From Octopus sinensis (Eukaryota), in NCBI RefSeq assembly GCF_006345805.1, contig NW_021828675.1:1-7937 (forward strand): 7,937 nt of DNA, read 5' to 3'. Position numbers and translations under genes: made by a program. This document shows, piece by piece, positions 6,803-7,937 of this stretch. Numbering within the stretch: position 1 is the stretch's first letter; each line of letters begins with the position of its first letter. Under the pieces are notes generated by a model. It was not told where the DNA came from, searched no databases, and was given only the letters and a program-made list of their open reading frames with translations.

Positions 6803-7171
6803 CCTTACCGCTACAAAAGAAGCAGTTTTTCGTTGTTAATTTGTCTTGTTTGAATTAAGCCGCTATCACCACAAGTTTTTTTTTACTTGACACAAGTTTC
6901 CAAGCCTTTATTTGGTAGCTGCTTTTATTGCTGAGCCGAGATCAACTATCTTCAAATTGATCTATGACCAAGAATATTCCAACTCTTATACGCTACCGTC
7001 TTTTAATCATATTTTTGTATCTTGGATTATGCTATAAAATAAATCTTGTCTGTCAGTGTCTGCAGTCTTTCGCAATACTTGAATCTGTTCTGTTTGTCAG
7101 TTTACTATGTTGGTTATATGTCTCATATCCTGATACTGTGTGAACTGAGATCCCCGTTGGCAGGCCGCTAA

Positions 7172-7260
7172 TCTATATTAATAAAAGCGAAATTCTGTCT
7201 GTCCGTCTGGGACCCCCGTATCTCCGTCTACATTTGCTCTACATAAACATTTTATACCCT
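7172..7260 (+). mobile_element. Helitron-like 5' end (3' boundary not determined)
   Basis: A|TCTATATTAATAAAAGCGAAATTCTGTCTGTCCGTCTG has the same layout as the Helitron 1 5' end: A|TC, then AT-rich TATAAAA, then a GTCT-type microsatellite. The end coordinate is arbitrary. Confidence 0.5.
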
Positions 7261-7796
7261 TTTGGAATCGGGATGATCATAGAATTGAAAATCTGCCCTT
7301 CATTTGGTCCTTGAACATCCAGCATTGGTATCTGATTAAAATGCATTTGGGTTGCAATTTCTAGCAAGTAAAGTTTGGCCGATTCACGCCATCTTGCTTG
7401 GCGCTTGTCAGATGGCGGTCAGAGATCAAGGGGGAGATAAATGACATTATCTTCGTTATTTGTACGTCGAAATAAGAACTTTGGGACAAATTGGTCAGCA
7501 GCTGGAATTCAGCTTGGGACTAGAATAAGAGAATCATTGCATTACAGAATTAATTCTCATTTGATCAAACACCACTGTGGCATATAGTCCTTATAGACGT
7601 ATTATATTAATGCTATTTAACTCTCTTTAGTTTTAGGCTGCAAGCCCAATCAGCCCTCTGCAGGAGCTAGCAGAAAAGTTTGTACTGAATGGTAATAAAA
7701 TAATTATTAAACTAAAAGTTTGGTTTTGTACTTTATTTATATATATAAAATACTACAATTAGCTGGCACTTTTTAGCGGCACTGAGCCATCAAATT

Positions 7797-7937
7797 GGTA
7801 AACCAGCAGAATTGTTACCAACGTTGGGCAAAATGCTTACCGGAATTTCTGAGTTCAAATTCCGCCGAGGTCGTCTTTGCCTCTCATCCTTTCGGGGTCG
7901 ATGAAATAAGTACCAGTTGAGCACTTGGGTCGATATA
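7797..7937 (+). mobile_element. tRNA-derived SINE, family A copy 3 (runs off the window end; 16-nt internal deletion)
   Basis: cagcagaattgttaccaacgttgggcaaaatgcttaccggaatttc / tgagttcaaattccgccgaggtc...catcctttcggggtcgatgaaataagtaccagttgagcacttgggtcgat is colinear with copies 1 and 2. B-box at 7853-7862. The start coordinate is approximate. Confidence 0.85.

Noticed and set aside
7664-7790. Short SINE-head-like words (gagctagcagaa at 7664-7675; agctggcac..ttagcggca at ~7761-7781)
   Set aside because: The matches are 12 nt or shorter with no colinear continuation, too short to call SINE fragments.

Overview
This is AT-rich eukaryotic non-coding DNA with no intact protein-coding gene; essentially all listed ORFs are translations of (AT)n, (GT)n/(CA)n or (GTT)n microsatellites. 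The repeat families resemble abundant octopus (cephalopod) SINEs as I recall them, so that taxonomic call is an inference, not a search result. Supported contents: (1) a complete 400-bp non-autonomous Helitron on the minus strand (2280-2679) with an internal 2x100-bp tandem repeat, plus two partial Helitron-like elements (~4429-4968 and from 7172); (2) a degraded Tc1-family DDE transposase fragment (4965-5226, two stops and one frameshift); (3) three copies and one 32-nt inverted head fragment of a tRNA-derived SINE (family A: 2881-3100, 3410-3626, 7797-end, 3348-3379); (4) two 3' fragments of a second SINE-like family (family B: 5241-5311, 5407-5663); (5) many microsatellites, several palindromes, a G-quadruplex motif and an E-box/bZIP motif cluster. 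I see no evidence of a novel multi-gene system. The most interesting points are transposon architecture and junctions.
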